Shown: positions 47,302 to 57,409 of the stretch, one piece after another
How the letters are laid out: the number at the start of each line of letters is the position of its first letter
Position numbering within the stretch: position 1 is the first letter of the stretch
From: an uncultured Methanosarcinales archaeon
GTDB lineage: Archaea > Nanobdellota > Nanobdellia > Woesearchaeales > ARS49
Assembly: GCA_964358315.1 (NCBI GenBank)
Contig: CAYHOF010000005.1
Span: forward strand, 19,354-83,353
Reading direction: 5' to 3'
Length of the DNA: 64,000 nt
Made by a program: the position numbers and the translations under genes
Notes under the pieces: generated by a model
The model's database searches: none
Seen by the model: only the letters and a program-made list of their open reading frames with translations
What the model was told of the DNA's origin: nothing

Positions 47302-48233
47302 GCCGCCCTCCCGAGCGTCGCGAGCGCGCGTTCACGGAGCGTTTGACGTTCGGCGACGACAGGCCAGTTGTCGATGACAGGGCCGACGAACCCTTCGACG
47401 ATCATGGCGCGCGCTTCGTCCTTGCCGATGCCTCGCGCCTGCAGGTAGAACACGTGCTGTTCGTCGATGGGCTGCACTGTCGCGCTGTGGCTTGCTTTGA
47501 CGTCGTTGGCCTCGATCTCGAGGCCCGGGATGGCTTTCGCCCGCGCGTCGGGCGAGAGCAGCAGCCATTTCTCTGCGAGGAACGTCTTCGTGTCCTGGCT
47601 GCCAGGCAGCACGCGCAGCATGCCTGTCGCTGTCGCGCTGCCGCCGCTAATCACGCCGCATTGAAGGACGTCGCCTTTCGTGTGCCGCGCTGCATGGACG
47701 ACGACGTTGTCGAGCGCGAGATCACGGCCGCCGACCACGAATTCTTTGTCGTCAAGGGATGCGCCAGGCCCGAGAAGCGTGCTTTGGCGCGTGTACGTGC
47801 CCGCGGCACCAAGATGTCCGACGACGAGTGTGAGTTTTGCGTCGTGGTCGATCATGAATTCCTGGCGGATGGTGGCGTCCGTGGTGTTGAGCGCGCTCAA
47901 GGTCGCATGCACGCCGTGCTTGATGAGGACGATGTCGAGCTCGAGCGTGGTGCCTGGCAGCGGCGTGATGTCCAGATGGCCGTCCTTGTCGAGGACGATG
48001 AAGCGGATGATGCGCTCGCCGAGCGTGCGCTGGTGCTGGTCAATGACGACCGCGTCTGCAGTGGCGATGGCGAGCAGCGTGTGCGGGTGCGCGGTGGGGC
48101 TGACCAGGCGCTCAAGCAGCGGCAGAAGTTCTTGCGGGATGTTGAGCGGTGCGTTATTGATAGCAACGGTGCCCAGCGTCCTCTGCGCCAATGCATGCGC
48201 CTCTTCCCGTACTGATGCGAACGTGCTGTGCAT
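47298..48233 (-). CDS. sufD: SufD-like protein
   Basis: PGLEIEANDVKASHSAT, FYLQARGI. Confidence 0.85.
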   Translation of the reverse strand: MHSTFASVREEAHALAQRTLGTVAINNAPLNIPQELLPLLERLVSPTAHPHTLLAIATADAVVIDQHQRTLGERIIRFIVLDKDGHLDITPLPGTTLELDIVLIKHGVHATLSALNTTDATIRQEFMIDHDAKLTLVVGHLGAAGTYTRQSTLLGPGASLDDKEFVVGGRDLALDNVVVHAARHTKGDVLQCGVISGGSATATGMLRVLPGSQDTKTFLAEKWLLLSPDARAKAIPGLEIEANDVKASHSATVQPIDEQHVFYLQARGIGKDEARAMIVEGFVGPVIDNWPVVAERQTLRERALATLGRAA

Positions 48234-48237
48234 AGTG

Positions 48238-50805
48238 TCACCCGATGCTTCCTTCCATCTCGAGCTCGATGAGCTTGTTGAGCTCGATGCTGTACTCGAG
48301 GGGGAGCGCTTTGGTGAATTCCGCGATGAAGCCGAGCACGATGAGCGCCATGGCCTGCTCTTCGCTGAGCCCGCGTTGCATGAGGTAGAACAGTTGTTCC
48401 TGCCCGACCTTGCCGACCGTGGCTTCGTGCGCGATGGTGGCGTCGTCCTCCTCGATCCGCATCGTAGGATAGGTGTCTGAGCGGCTCGTGTCGTCGAGCA
48501 AGAGCGCGTCGCACTGGACGGTGGACTTGACGTTGCGCGCGCCTTTGCCGATGCGCAAGAGGCCGCGGTAGCTCGTGCGGCCGCCGTCTTTCGAGACGCT
48601 CTTGGAAACGATACGGCTCGTCGTGTCAGGTGCGAGATGGATGACTTTGGCGCCCGCGTCCTGGTGTTGATTCTTGCCTGCGAATGCTATGCTGAGGATG
48701 TCTGCTTTGGAATTCCTTCCTTTGAGGATGACGCTCGGGTACTTCATCGTGATCTTGCTGCCCAGGTTCCCGTCGATCCACTCGACCGTGGCGTTTTCGT
48801 GCGCGATCGCGCGTTTGGTGACGAGGTTGTACACGTCGCCCGACCAATTCTGGATCGTTGTATACCGCACCTTTGCGTCCTTGAGTGCGATGACTTCGAC
48901 GACCGCTGCGTGTAAAGAATCTGTTGAGTAGACCGGGGCAGTACAGCCCTCGATGTAATGCACGTCCGCGCCTTCGTCGACGATGATGAGCGTTCGTTCG
49001 AACTGTCCCATGTTCTTGGCGTTGATGCGGAAGTACGCCTGCAATGGCACGCCGACCTTCACGCCCGGGGGCACGTACACGAAGCTGCCGCCGCTCCACA
49101 CTGCGCTGTTGAGCGCCGCGAACTTGTTGTCGCCGGTCGGGATGATCGTGCCGAGATATTTCTTGACGATCTCAGGATGTTCCTTGAGCGCAGTGTCCAT
49201 GTCGGTGAATATCACGCCGAGTTTCGAGAGGTCCTCGCGCAGGCTGTGATAGACCGATTCGCTATTATGCACAAGAATTCCTTCCGAGATGAAATTATGA
49301 GGTCCATCAATTTCAATATCATATACTGGTTCGATGCCAGCACGCTGAATAGATTTGATCCTTGCGAAACCAAATTCTTCGGAAGTATGTTTCTTAAAAG
49401 TAGAATTCCCCACATGCGTCAAATTGTGATGCCACTTTCGCTTATTCATCCTATCCACACGAGCAGGCGATCTGCATTTTACCTGATCAAAATTTCCACT
49501 GAGTTGCATTCTATACGCAATGACTTCTCGCGTGTGACCCTTGTAGGTGTACGGTTGCTTGAATTCATTAATATTTGAAGTTCCTATTCCTTGGCATGCG
49601 CAAAGGTAACGCACGCTTTGAAGAAGCTTTTTATTCACACTCGTCATGGATATATCATGATTCTTCTTCGCATCGCGCACATGTCCATCCGCATCAATAT
49701 ATCCCCCGAGAAAAGCCAGGACCTCATTTGCCGGCAAATTGAAAACCCAAGTAGGTACGTGCTTAGTTCTTGCTCTTCCATAAAATCCAATCTTCTGAAT
49801 CCACCGCGCGATGGCCGTTGAACCAATTGTGACTCGCCATGCATCTCCAGTTTTTGCTGAATAATTAAATACTCTCTTAATGACTGCGCAAAGTTCACTC
49901 CTTAATGCCGTATCTTTCTCAGGTATCGCTATCTCAATCCGGCATTTTCTTTTACCCTTCTCGTTATGTATGAAACCATCACCAAGATAAAGTCCTAAAA
50001 ACCACAACAAGTCTTCTGATGTCGTTCGTGGGAGACTGTATGTCCTGTCTCGAGATGATGTTTCAATGGATGGAAGATGTTGCGAAGACCCATCAGATGG
50101 GACTTTCTTCATGACTGCAATAAGGTCGCCCTTGGATAGTTCACTAAGGTATTTCCACTCACGTGAGTACCGTCCTCTCCGGCCTCCTTCCTTCTTGCGA
50201 TGAACAAGTGCGAGGAAGGGATGATTATGTGTTGCCTTAATGGTCTTTGTCCCGACCTTCAATTCATACACCTGTCGTTTGCCTTTGTATGCGACACGTT
50301 TTACTTTCGTCCTTACAAATCTATTTGAAACTTCGTCAAGAGAAAATACTACTGTGTCAGGCTCAATATCCTTTATTCGTACAGGACCTTTTGGATTCGT
50401 GAATATCACCGAATCGCCACTGAGACATTCGAATTGCGCGCCGACGCCGCCGAGGAATTTGCGTTCCGCCTCGGGAATGCCAAGACGGTCGAAGGTCTTC
50501 TTGATGTGGTCCGGCACGTCGTCCCACGTGCGTGCGTTGTTGTCCGATGGCTTGAGATAGTACGTGATATTGTCGAAATCGATGTGCGAGAGGTCCGCGC
50601 CCCACGTCGGCATGGTCTTTGCGCGGAACGTCGCGAGCGCCTTGAGCCTGAAGTCCAACATCCACGCCGGTTCCCCTTTGCGTGCGCTCAACGACCGCAC
50701 GACGTCTTCGGTGAGGCCTTTGTCGGTGCGGTAGACCGCTGTCTCCTCGACGTGGAAGCCGTACTTTTCCTTGTAGTCCTCGTTGATCGCTTGCAGGTCT
50801 GTCAT
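48238..50805 (-). CDS. sufB: Fe-S cluster assembly protein SufB containing an intein
   Basis: [26 protein letters not shown]; interrupted at GAQFE/SESVYH. Confidence 0.96.
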   Translation of the reverse strand: MTDLQAINEDYKEKYGFHVEETAVYRTDKGLTEDVVRSLSARKGEPAWMLDFRLKALATFRAKTMPTWGADLSHIDFDNITYYLKPSDNNARTWDDVPDHIKKTFDRLGIPEAERKFLGGVGAQFECLSGDSVIFTNPKGPVRIKDIEPDTVVFSLDEVSNRFVRTKVKRVAYKGKRQVYELKVGTKTIKATHNHPFLALVHRKKEGGRRGRYSREWKYLSELSKGDLIAVMKKVPSDGSSQHLPSIETSSRDRTYSLPRTTSEDLLWFLGLYLGDGFIHNEKGKRKCRIEIAIPEKDTALRSELCAVIKRVFNYSAKTGDAWRVTIGSTAIARWIQKIGFYGRARTKHVPTWVFNLPANEVLAFLGGYIDADGHVRDAKKNHDISMTSVNKKLLQSVRYLCACQGIGTSNINEFKQPYTYKGHTREVIAYRMQLSGNFDQVKCRSPARVDRMNKRKWHHNLTHVGNSTFKKHTSEEFGFARIKSIQRAGIEPVYDIEIDGPHNFISEGILVHNSESVYHSLREDLSKLGVIFTDMDTALKEHPEIVKKYLGTIIPTGDNKFAALNSAVWSGGSFVYVPPGVKVGVPLQAYFRINAKNMGQFERTLIIVDEGADVHYIEGCTAPVYSTDSLHAAVVEVIALKDAKVRYTTIQNWSGDVYNLVTKRAIAHENATVEWIDGNLGSKITMKYPSVILKGRNSKADILSIAFAGKNQHQDAGAKVIHLAPDTTSRIVSKSVSKDGGRTSYRGLLRIGKGARNVKSTVQCDALLLDDTSRSDTYPTMRIEEDDATIAHEATVGKVGQEQLFYLMQRGLSEEQAMALIVLGFIAEFTKALPLEYSIELNKLIELEMEGSIG
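49264..50427 (-). mobile_element. 388-aa intein with LAGLIDADG homing endonuclease
   Basis: Starts CLSGDS; block [17 protein letters not shown] and [10 protein letters not shown]; ends VYDIEI...ILVHN followed by Ser; clearly lower GC than the exteins. Confidence 0.95.
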
Positions 50806-51551
50806 GCGAGTTTGATGGCGGGCTTGAGCCAACCGTAGCCTTTTGCTTCGAGCTGGTGCACGAGCGTCGCGTCGCCGCTGTGCGCGATGCGGCCGTCCAT
50901 GAGCACGTGGACGGTGTCGGGCTTGATGAGGGAGAGGATGCGTTGGTAGTGTGTCACGATGAGGCAACCGAAGCCCGGACCCCGGACCCCGTTGACCGCC
51001 GCGCTCACGACCTTCAATGAGTCGATGTCGAGGCCGGAGTCGGTCTCGTCGAGGAACGCGAAGACGGGCTTGAGCAGGAGCATCTGGAGGATCTCGGCGC
51101 GTTTCTTCTCGCCGCCGGAGAAGCCGACGTTGAGCGCGCGGTCGATGAATGACCTGTCGAGGTTCAGTGTGTGCAGCGCTTCCGTCAATGCTTTGTTGAA
51201 CGCGGCAGGCGATGCGTCCTTGCCGAAGCGTGCTTTGTACGCGTGCAGCAGGAACGTGCCGAAATTCACGCCTTGGATCTCGTTGGGGTACTGGAACGCG
51301 AGGAAGAGGCCCATGCGTGCGCGCTCGTCTGGCGCGAGCGCGAGTATGTCCTGTCCGTCGAGCAGTATCGTCCCGCGCGTGACCTCGTAGTCAGGGTGGC
51401 CTGCGATGACGTTGCTGAGCGTGCTCTTGCCTGCGCCGTTCGGTCCCATGAGCGCGACGATCTCGCCTTGCGTGAGCGTGAGCGACACGCCGCACAGGAC
51501 TTGCGTTCCTTTGACGCTCACGTGCAGGTCCTTGATCTCGATGGTCGACAT
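50802..51551 (-). CDS. sufC: Fe-S assembly ATPase SufC
   Basis: [36 protein letters not shown]. Confidence 0.96.
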   Translation of the reverse strand: MSTIEIKDLHVSVKGTQVLCGVSLTLTQGEIVALMGPNGAGKSTLSNVIAGHPDYEVTRGTILLDGQDILALAPDERARMGLFLAFQYPNEIQGVNFGTFLLHAYKARFGKDASPAAFNKALTEALHTLNLDRSFIDRALNVGFSGGEKKRAEILQMLLLKPVFAFLDETDSGLDIDSLKVVSAAVNGVRGPGFGCLIVTHYQRILSLIKPDTVHVLMDGRIAHSGDATLVHQLEAKGYGWLKPAIKLA

Positions 51552-51739
51552 CACTTGCCTCCCTTGCGTGGCGCTTTCTTCTTGCGCTTGCGTGCGTGGG
51601 CGTCGCAACAATCATGCGCTGGCGCCTGGGGCACCGCGCATGCTTCGCAGCCGCAACCGATCTCCTTGACCGTGCGCGGCGGCACGCCTTGCTCGTATTC
51701 TTCGAGTATCTTCATGGCTTCTTCGAATCCCATGGTCAT
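51551..51739 (-). CDS. Cys/His-rich microprotein in the suf operon (62 aa)
   Basis: GCGCEAC...HDCCDAH plus a basic tail; overlaps both neighbours. Confidence 0.55.
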   Translation of the reverse strand: MTMGFEEAMKILEEYEQGVPPRTVKEIGCGCEACAVPQAPAHDCCDAHARKRKKKAPRKGGK

Positions 51740-52110
51740 TTCCTCTCGAAGCAGACCGCACAGCTCGTGCCCACGCTCTTGTCCATCTGCATGTGGATCT
51801 GGCACAGGAGTCCGGAGGTGGTCGCTTCCTGCATCAATTGCTGTAATTGCGTAAAACATGATTGCTGATCGAGGATGGTCTTCGCCGCCTCGGCCACGCG
51901 TTGCGTGAATTCCTTCGGGAATTCGACCTCGCTGCCGCGCTTGCCTGTTATGTACTGGCTCACTGCGGCGTCCGTGACGCCGAGCATGGCCGCGATGCGT
52001 TTCTGGTCATGGCCGTGCGTCTTGAGCGCTTTGGCGATTTCTTTGCGCAGCGTGGGAAGTAGATAGAACACTTCGACTTCCTGTGGTTGCAGCACTTTCA
52101 ATGTTCCCAT
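51736..52110 (-). CDS. Archaeal HTH regulator with C-terminal Cys/His motif
   Basis: QKRIAAMLGVTDAAVSQY; LCQIH...CAVC. Confidence 0.8.
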   Translation of the reverse strand: MGTLKVLQPQEVEVFYLLPTLRKEIAKALKTHGHDQKRIAAMLGVTDAAVSQYITGKRGSEVEFPKEFTQRVAEAAKTILDQQSCFTQLQQLMQEATTSGLLCQIHMQMDKSVGTSCAVCFERK

Positions 52111-52120
52111 CAAATCCCCG

Positions 52121-52158
52121 GTTAACTATGGTGAATTAACCATGGTTAACTTATAAAT
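52121..52158 (-). promoter_or_regulatory. suf operon promoter with a 30-bp palindromic operator
   Basis: GTTAACTATGGTGAATTAACCATGGTTAAC (52121-52150) directly next to the TATA box TTATAAAT. Confidence 0.7.
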
Positions 52159-52229
52159 GTTACGCATCTTCCCGACGGAACCGAAACATATATGAAACGT
52201 GGGACCATGGTCGTTTCAGAGGTGTTTCA

Positions 52230-52619
52230 ATGGCAAAAAGAGATGAAGGCAAGGCATTACTGGATGGATTGTACGGCCAGCTCAAAGGCGTGATCAACGG
52301 CTCGTCGCAAGGTGTCTATTTGTACCTGGACGACCATCACCTGGTCTGCAACACGAAATTCGCGCGGATGTTGGGATACTCCTCGCCCGCAGCATGGAAG
52401 TCCATGGGGCGCACGGGCTTTCTCAACGCGTTCGTCGCACCATCGAGCCAACGGAAGGTGGTTGACGCGTTCTGGAAGGCGATGAAGAACAAGACGGCGT
52501 TCTGTGAGACTGTTGGTTGGAAGAAAAAGAGCGGCGCGACGGTCAGGCTCACGACAATCATGGTGCCGATCAGCTACAAGCACGAGATGTTCGCGCTGCA
52601 CTTCGTCAGCAAGGCCTAG
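52230..52619 (+). CDS. Stand-alone PAS-domain protein
   Basis: CNTKFARMLGYS, WKKKSG PAS-like pattern; GAGGTG SD. Confidence 0.7.
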   Translation: MAKRDEGKALLDGLYGQLKGVINGSSQGVYLYLDDHHLVCNTKFARMLGYSSPAAWKSMGRTGFLNAFVAPSSQRKVVDAFWKAMKNKTAFCETVGWKKKSGATVRLTTIMVPISYKHEMFALHFVSKA

Positions 52620-53116
52620 CGGCCGGCGAGCGCGCGCAGGATGCCGCACGCTCCTGTCTCGATGACGATATCGCTGTAGTGGTACCTGTCCGCGTAGAAT
52701 TCGGCATGGCTGCGCACGACGTCCGCCACGCAATGGCCATTGACCTGCGGCGCGTGCACGATGAAACGCAACGAGCGGGTGCTTTCGGGGAAGTCGTTGA
52801 GCATACGGTCCATCTGCGCGACGTAGATCATCATCGGGTCGAGCCCGTTGAACGCGCGGTTGTATGCTGTCACGAGCTGCCTGGGTCCCCGGAACATGCC
52901 TTTCCACCAACGCGTATCGCGTTCGTTTATGTCGTGGAAGACATAGACTTTCTGGTCGTGCACACCCATGGTCTCGTCCACGCTGACTTTCTTGTTGCAG
53001 TCCTTGGCGCAGATCGCGATGTCGTTGGCCAACGCCTTGAGCATCGTGTGATAGTCGACGACGAGAGGCGGGATGCCTGGCTCGACGATCCTGTTGATGA
53101 CGTGGACGTTCGCCAT
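52616..53116 (-). CDS. Hypothetical protein
   Basis: ORF with host-like codon use. Confidence 0.55.
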   Translation of the reverse strand: MANVHVINRIVEPGIPPLVVDYHTMLKALANDIAICAKDCNKKVSVDETMGVHDQKVYVFHDINERDTRWWKGMFRGPRQLVTAYNRAFNGLDPMMIYVAQMDRMLNDFPESTRSLRFIVHAPQVNGHCVADVVRSHAEFYADRYHYSDIVIETGACGILRALAGR

Positions 53117-53156
53117 ACATCGCGGCACAACGGGACCGCATAAAAATCTTGCGCAC

Positions 53157-53456
53157 TCACTTCTTTTTGTGGTAGACGCGCAGCGCTTCCACCACGACGA
53201 ACGTGACGATGACGACCATCGTGATGTCCCAGAGCTGCGGCAGGGATGGCAGGAGCAGCACTGCAGTGATGCCGATCGCCAGGCCGATGAGGTATGGCTT
53301 GAAGCGTCCTTTCATCAAGTCGAAATACGCACGGTAGAGCAAGAGGTACAGGATGACGCCATTCAGCAGCGCGACGACGATGTCCTTGAGCACGAGCGCG
53401 CCAAGCACGGCAAAGAACACGAGCGAAACGAGGAAGACGATCAGCGACGCATACAT
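53157..53456 (-). CDS. Small 4-TM membrane protein
   Basis: Hydrophobic ORF with TATA box upstream. Confidence 0.6.
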   Translation of the reverse strand: MYASLIVFLVSLVFFAVLGALVLKDIVVALLNGVILYLLLYRAYFDLMKGRFKPYLIGLAIGITAVLLLPSLPQLWDITMVVIVTFVVVEALRVYHKKK

Positions 53457-53541
53457 GCATGGATTTGAGCAGAGAACGTATATAAACACTGCGACGTGGG
53501 ATGGACAATGCTTTAATACTCGAGAGTGGCGACGCGGCAAC

Positions 53542-54018
53542 ATGAACAATGCCATCCAGGAACTCCACTCGCTTCTTGCGTACAAAGAAGGGTATGCGCA
53601 GAAATTCGACATAGCGCCACCGCGGCCCTGTGCAGGACATGACTATCGTGCGTGGTTCAACGGCACCATCTGGGTCCCGTTCGGCGTCAAGTTCAATGCG
53701 CAGTACGCGCTCGACGACTTCAACAAGCACTTGTTCGAGCTCGAAGGCCACGACAAGGGCTGGGACAACATCCAGGGGCTGCGCTGGCAACATGCCAGAC
53801 GCGCGTACCTCGATTACAACCACGTCCTCATAGTCAAGCATGACGGCACGGACAGGAAGTACGCGTCGGGCATGTGGATCGTGGGCGAGCATGGCGAGGC
53901 CATGCGTCCAGAAGTCAATGATGTCGCGGCCGTGCTGCAGCAAGTCCTCTATCAGAAACGACACTTCCACAGGGTCGGCGACGTCGACATCAGCGAAGAG
54001 ATCATCCGGGCGGACTGA
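53542..54018 (+). CDS. Hypothetical protein
   Basis: ORF with TTTAATA box upstream. Confidence 0.55.
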   Translation: MNNAIQELHSLLAYKEGYAQKFDIAPPRPCAGHDYRAWFNGTIWVPFGVKFNAQYALDDFNKHLFELEGHDKGWDNIQGLRWQHARRAYLDYNHVLIVKHDGTDRKYASGMWIVGEHGEAMRPEVNDVAAVLQQVLYQKRHFHRVGDVDISEEIIRAD

Positions 54019-54122
54019 CGATGACACTCAAGAAATTGTCGACGCTCAAGACGACCATCGCGCGCGCTTAGAAGCTGACACGAAGAATAGAGTATTAAAC
54101 AATCAACAATACCCACAAGGTC

Positions 54123-54593
54123 ATGAACCAACGTATCACGCAAGTGATCAGAATCATCCACGAAAAAATGCGGGGTAACCACATCATGTGGGTGTTGGTC
54201 GGAAGTACGAATCTTCAGTTGCAAGGAATGCACGTCGCGCCTCGAGACCTCGACATCGTCATTCAGCACAAGGATTTGGAGAAGGTACGTGAATTATTCT
54301 CGGAGTATTCTCCATCTGATGTCCAGGAGTTGAAAACACTGTCAGGTGAGCGGGCGTGGGACGTGCATACAACAATCAAGGGGATTGAATGCCAATTCTT
54401 TGGATGAAATGGAACTGACATTTATGTCAGCAAACTGCTGGCGAACAAGATAGTACTGATACGATTGGACGACATTGATATTCCATGCTTCACATTGGAA
54501 GCAGAGTCACAAGCATATACAGAAACACATCGTGAGCAGAAAGCCCAGTTGATTCAAGAATTCTTAAGGACACGTAAGAACGATGAGGCGTGA
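54123..54593 (+). pseudogene. Nucleotidyltransferase-family gene with in-frame TGA at 54405-54407
   Basis: WVLVGSTNLQLQG..PRDLDI; the frame continues past TGA as NGTDIYVSKLL...IPCFTLEAESQAY...REQKAQLIQEFL. Confidence 0.65.
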
Positions 54594-54645
54594 TTTCCTA
54601 ACTTCCGTGTAAACGTTTAAATATCGCGCCGTGCGTGGTTACGTC

Positions 54646-56328
54646 ATGGATTTCCGTCAGAAGATCGCAACGCTGCTCAAGGATGCTGGTGTGCAGGGGG
54701 ATGTCGTGCTCGAGGTGCCGCCCCAGACCGACGTTGGCGATTTCGCGTTCCCGTGCTTCCCGCTCGCGAAGCAATTCAAGAAAGCGCCTGGCGCCATCGC
54801 CGCAGATCTTGTGGTAACGATCGGAACGGTGGACTTCCTTGAGAAGGTTGTCGCGACAGGTCCTTATCTCAATTTCTTTATCGACAAGACAAAACGTACA
54901 CGCGCAGTGCTGCACGATGTGTTCAAGCATAAAGACGGGTACGGTCACATTCCAGTTGGTGCAGGAAAGACTGTCGTCATCGATTATTCCAACCCGAACA
55001 TCGGCAAGCCGATGGGCATCCACCATCTGGGCAGCACCGTACTCGGGCACGTGCTCGACAACATCCACCGCGCGCTCGGCTTCAACGTGGTCGCCGTCAA
55101 CCACTTGGGTGATTGGGGCACGCAGTTCGGCGTGCTCATCGCCGCGTACAAGAAGTGGGGGGACGCGAAGAAATTGCAGGAAGACCCTGTCAATTACCTC
55201 CTGTCGATCTACGTGAAGTACTCTGCTGAGGAGGAGAAGGATCCCGCCCTGCACGAAGAGGCCAAGCAATGGTTCAAGAAGCTCGAGCAGGGCGACGAGG
55301 AGGCGACCATGCTCTGGAAGAGCTTCCGTAACTCGAACCTGGAATACTTCAAGCGCATGTACAAACGGTTCGGGATAGAGTTCGATTCGTACAATGGCGA
55401 GGCGTTCTACAGCGACAAGATGCAGCCCATCCTTGCCGCGCTCAAGGAGAAAGGCATCGCCGAGGAGGACCAGGGCGCGCTCATCGTGCGCATGGACAAG
55501 CCGGATGTCGCGCCGCTCATCGCGCTCAAGAGCGACGGTTCGTCGACGTACGCCATGCGTGACCTTGCCGCGCTCAAGTTCCGTTTCGACAATTACACGC
55601 CGCACAAGATCCTGTACGTGGTCGCGATGGACCAAGCGTTGCATTTCTACCAGCTCTTCGAGACGGCGCACAAGCTGGGCTATCCGCGCGACGCGCTTGT
55701 GCACGTCAGTTTCGGCCTGATGCGCTTCCCTGAGGGCAAGATGAGCACGCGCAAGGGCAAGATCGTCTTCCTCGAGGACGTGTTCGACCGCGCGGTCGAG
55801 GACGTGACGAAGATCATCCAGGAGAAGAACCCGCAGCTCGCGAACAAGACGCAGATCGCGGAACAAGTGGGCGTGGGTGCCATCGTTTTTGGTGCGCTGC
55901 TCAACGACCGTGTCAAGGATTTCGAGTTCGACTGGGACCGCATGCTGGACTTGCAGGGCGACACGGGCCCGTACGTGCAGTACACGCATGCCCGCGCGTG
56001 TTCGGTGCTGCGCAAGGCAAAGACGCCGCCCACGGACGTGATCGATGCTGGCACGCTGCAGCTCAAAGCAGAGTATGAGCTCGTGCGCATGCTGGAAGAA
56101 TTCCCGGACGTGCTTGCGAGCGTGCTCAACGACTACAAACCTCACATCCTCACGCAGTACCTGCTCAAAGTGAGCCACAAGTTCAACGAGTTCTATCATG
56201 AAAGCCCGATCATCGGTGCCGAGAACGCTGACATCGCGGCCGCGCGCTTGCTGCTCTGCGACTGCAGCAGGCACGTGCTGCACAACGGCCTCAAGCTGCT
56301 GGGACTTGCAGCGCCGCAAGAGATGTGA
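54646..56328 (+). CDS. argS: Arginine--tRNA ligase
   Basis: DYSNPNIGKP, NHLGDWGTQFG, KMSTRKG, GDTGPYVQY, APQEM. Confidence 0.97.
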   Translation: MDFRQKIATLLKDAGVQGDVVLEVPPQTDVGDFAFPCFPLAKQFKKAPGAIAADLVVTIGTVDFLEKVVATGPYLNFFIDKTKRTRAVLHDVFKHKDGYGHIPVGAGKTVVIDYSNPNIGKPMGIHHLGSTVLGHVLDNIHRALGFNVVAVNHLGDWGTQFGVLIAAYKKWGDAKKLQEDPVNYLLSIYVKYSAEEEKDPALHEEAKQWFKKLEQGDEEATMLWKSFRNSNLEYFKRMYKRFGIEFDSYNGEAFYSDKMQPILAALKEKGIAEEDQGALIVRMDKPDVAPLIALKSDGSSTYAMRDLAALKFRFDNYTPHKILYVVAMDQALHFYQLFETAHKLGYPRDALVHVSFGLMRFPEGKMSTRKGKIVFLEDVFDRAVEDVTKIIQEKNPQLANKTQIAEQVGVGAIVFGALLNDRVKDFEFDWDRMLDLQGDTGPYVQYTHARACSVLRKAKTPPTDVIDAGTLQLKAEYELVRMLEEFPDVLASVLNDYKPHILTQYLLKVSHKFNEFYHESPIIGAENADIAAARLLLCDCSRHVLHNGLKLLGLAAPQEM

Positions 56329-56483
56329 CGCGGCATCATAACTTCTTTAGAATACATATTACGTAACATATTACTCAATATATACCTTATAATGAGTAGA
56401 TGAAGACGTATCCTTGTGCTCCTGACCGCAAACTAATTAAACCAGACCGTCTATAATCACATCTTCGTGCAGTAGGCAACACT

Positions 56484-56675
56484 ATGGGCAGAATCAAGAC
56501 AAAAATGATCAAGCGGCTCACGTATCAGCTGCTGGCACAACACAAGGATCACTTGAAGATGACGTTCGACGAGAACAAGGCCGCGATCAGCGGCGACCTC
56601 TCGGGCGCTTCGAAGAAGATCCGCAATGTCGTGGCAGGCTACGTGACGCGCAAGATGCGAAGAACCGAGAACTGA
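56484..56675 (+). CDS. rps17e: 30S ribosomal protein S17e
   Basis: MGRIKT...FDENK...SKKIRNVVAGYVTR. Confidence 0.95.
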   Translation: MGRIKTKMIKRLTYQLLAQHKDHLKMTFDENKAAISGDLSGASKKIRNVVAGYVTRKMRRTEN

Positions 56676-56744
56676 GCAGTCTAACGACGATTCAGTATCG
56701 GCAGTCGTTCACTACACGGGAGGTCGCTCCCGACCGCAACGCGG

Positions 56745-57044
56745 ATGCCAGCCTACAGCGTCGTCTTCATAGGCGCGAAGCCTTTCATGAATTACGTCAC
56801 AGGCGTCGTCATGCAGTTTTCTCAAGAGAACGCTTCTGAAGTCACGATCAAGGCCCGTGGCAAGTTCATCTCGCGCGCGGTCGACGTCGCCGAAGTCGCC
56901 ACGAAACGCTTCTTGGACGACCAAGTACACGTGCACGACATCACGATAGCGTCCGAAGCGTTCACCACGCCCGAGAACAAGAACGTCCGCGTCAGCACCA
57001 TAACGATCGTGCTGCGCAAGAAAGAACAGCAGGCGACTCGTTGA
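56745..57044 (+). CDS. albA: DNA/RNA-binding protein Alba
   Basis: IGAKPFMNYV, IKARGKFISRAVDVAE, VSTITI. Confidence 0.95.
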   Translation: MPAYSVVFIGAKPFMNYVTGVVMQFSQENASEVTIKARGKFISRAVDVAEVATKRFLDDQVHVHDITIASEAFTTPENKNVRVSTITIVLRKKEQQATR

Positions 57045-57052
57045 ATTCTACC

Positions 57053-57409
57053 ATGAACAGCGACAATCTCGAACGACGCGTGCGCAAACGACCGACTGTC
57101 GTCTTCGACCGCGCCAAGGAAGAGTTGTTGGAACAACAAGTCGACGCCCTTCGTGGAAAACTATATGCGGCCATAGCAGCGCGCTATCACGGCCCGCACA
57201 ATGAGGGTTGCACGTGGCCCGAATTACAGAAAGGTATCCGTGATGGCATTGGGGGCGACGTCATGCTCGAAATACAACAACTCGTCAAGGAGAATCCAGG
57301 CGCCGACATGCCGATGAGCAAGTACTTCCACCACAGCGTACGGAAGTTCATCATGGAATACAGAGCGCCAGAACAACAGTCGCAACAACCACCAAACACT
57401 ACGCTCTGA
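57053..57409 (+). CDS. Hypothetical protein
   Basis: ORF following alba. Confidence 0.5.
   Translation: MNSDNLERRVRKRPTVVFDRAKEELLEQQVDALRGKLYAAIAARYHGPHNEGCTWPELQKGIRDGIGGDVMLEIQQLVKENPGADMPMSKYFHHSVRKFIMEYRAPEQQSQQPPNTTL

Noticed and set aside
50806..50967. N-terminal extension of SufB in the ORF track, and similar extensions on int, bcp, MGMT and HemK
   Set aside because: They overlap upstream genes or promoters; downstream ATGs with SD or stop-start overlaps fit better.
54598..56319. Long antisense ORFs opposite argS, ftsZ, lctP, PMM, suf and others
   Set aside because: Shadow ORFs caused by high-GC codon bias of the true genes.
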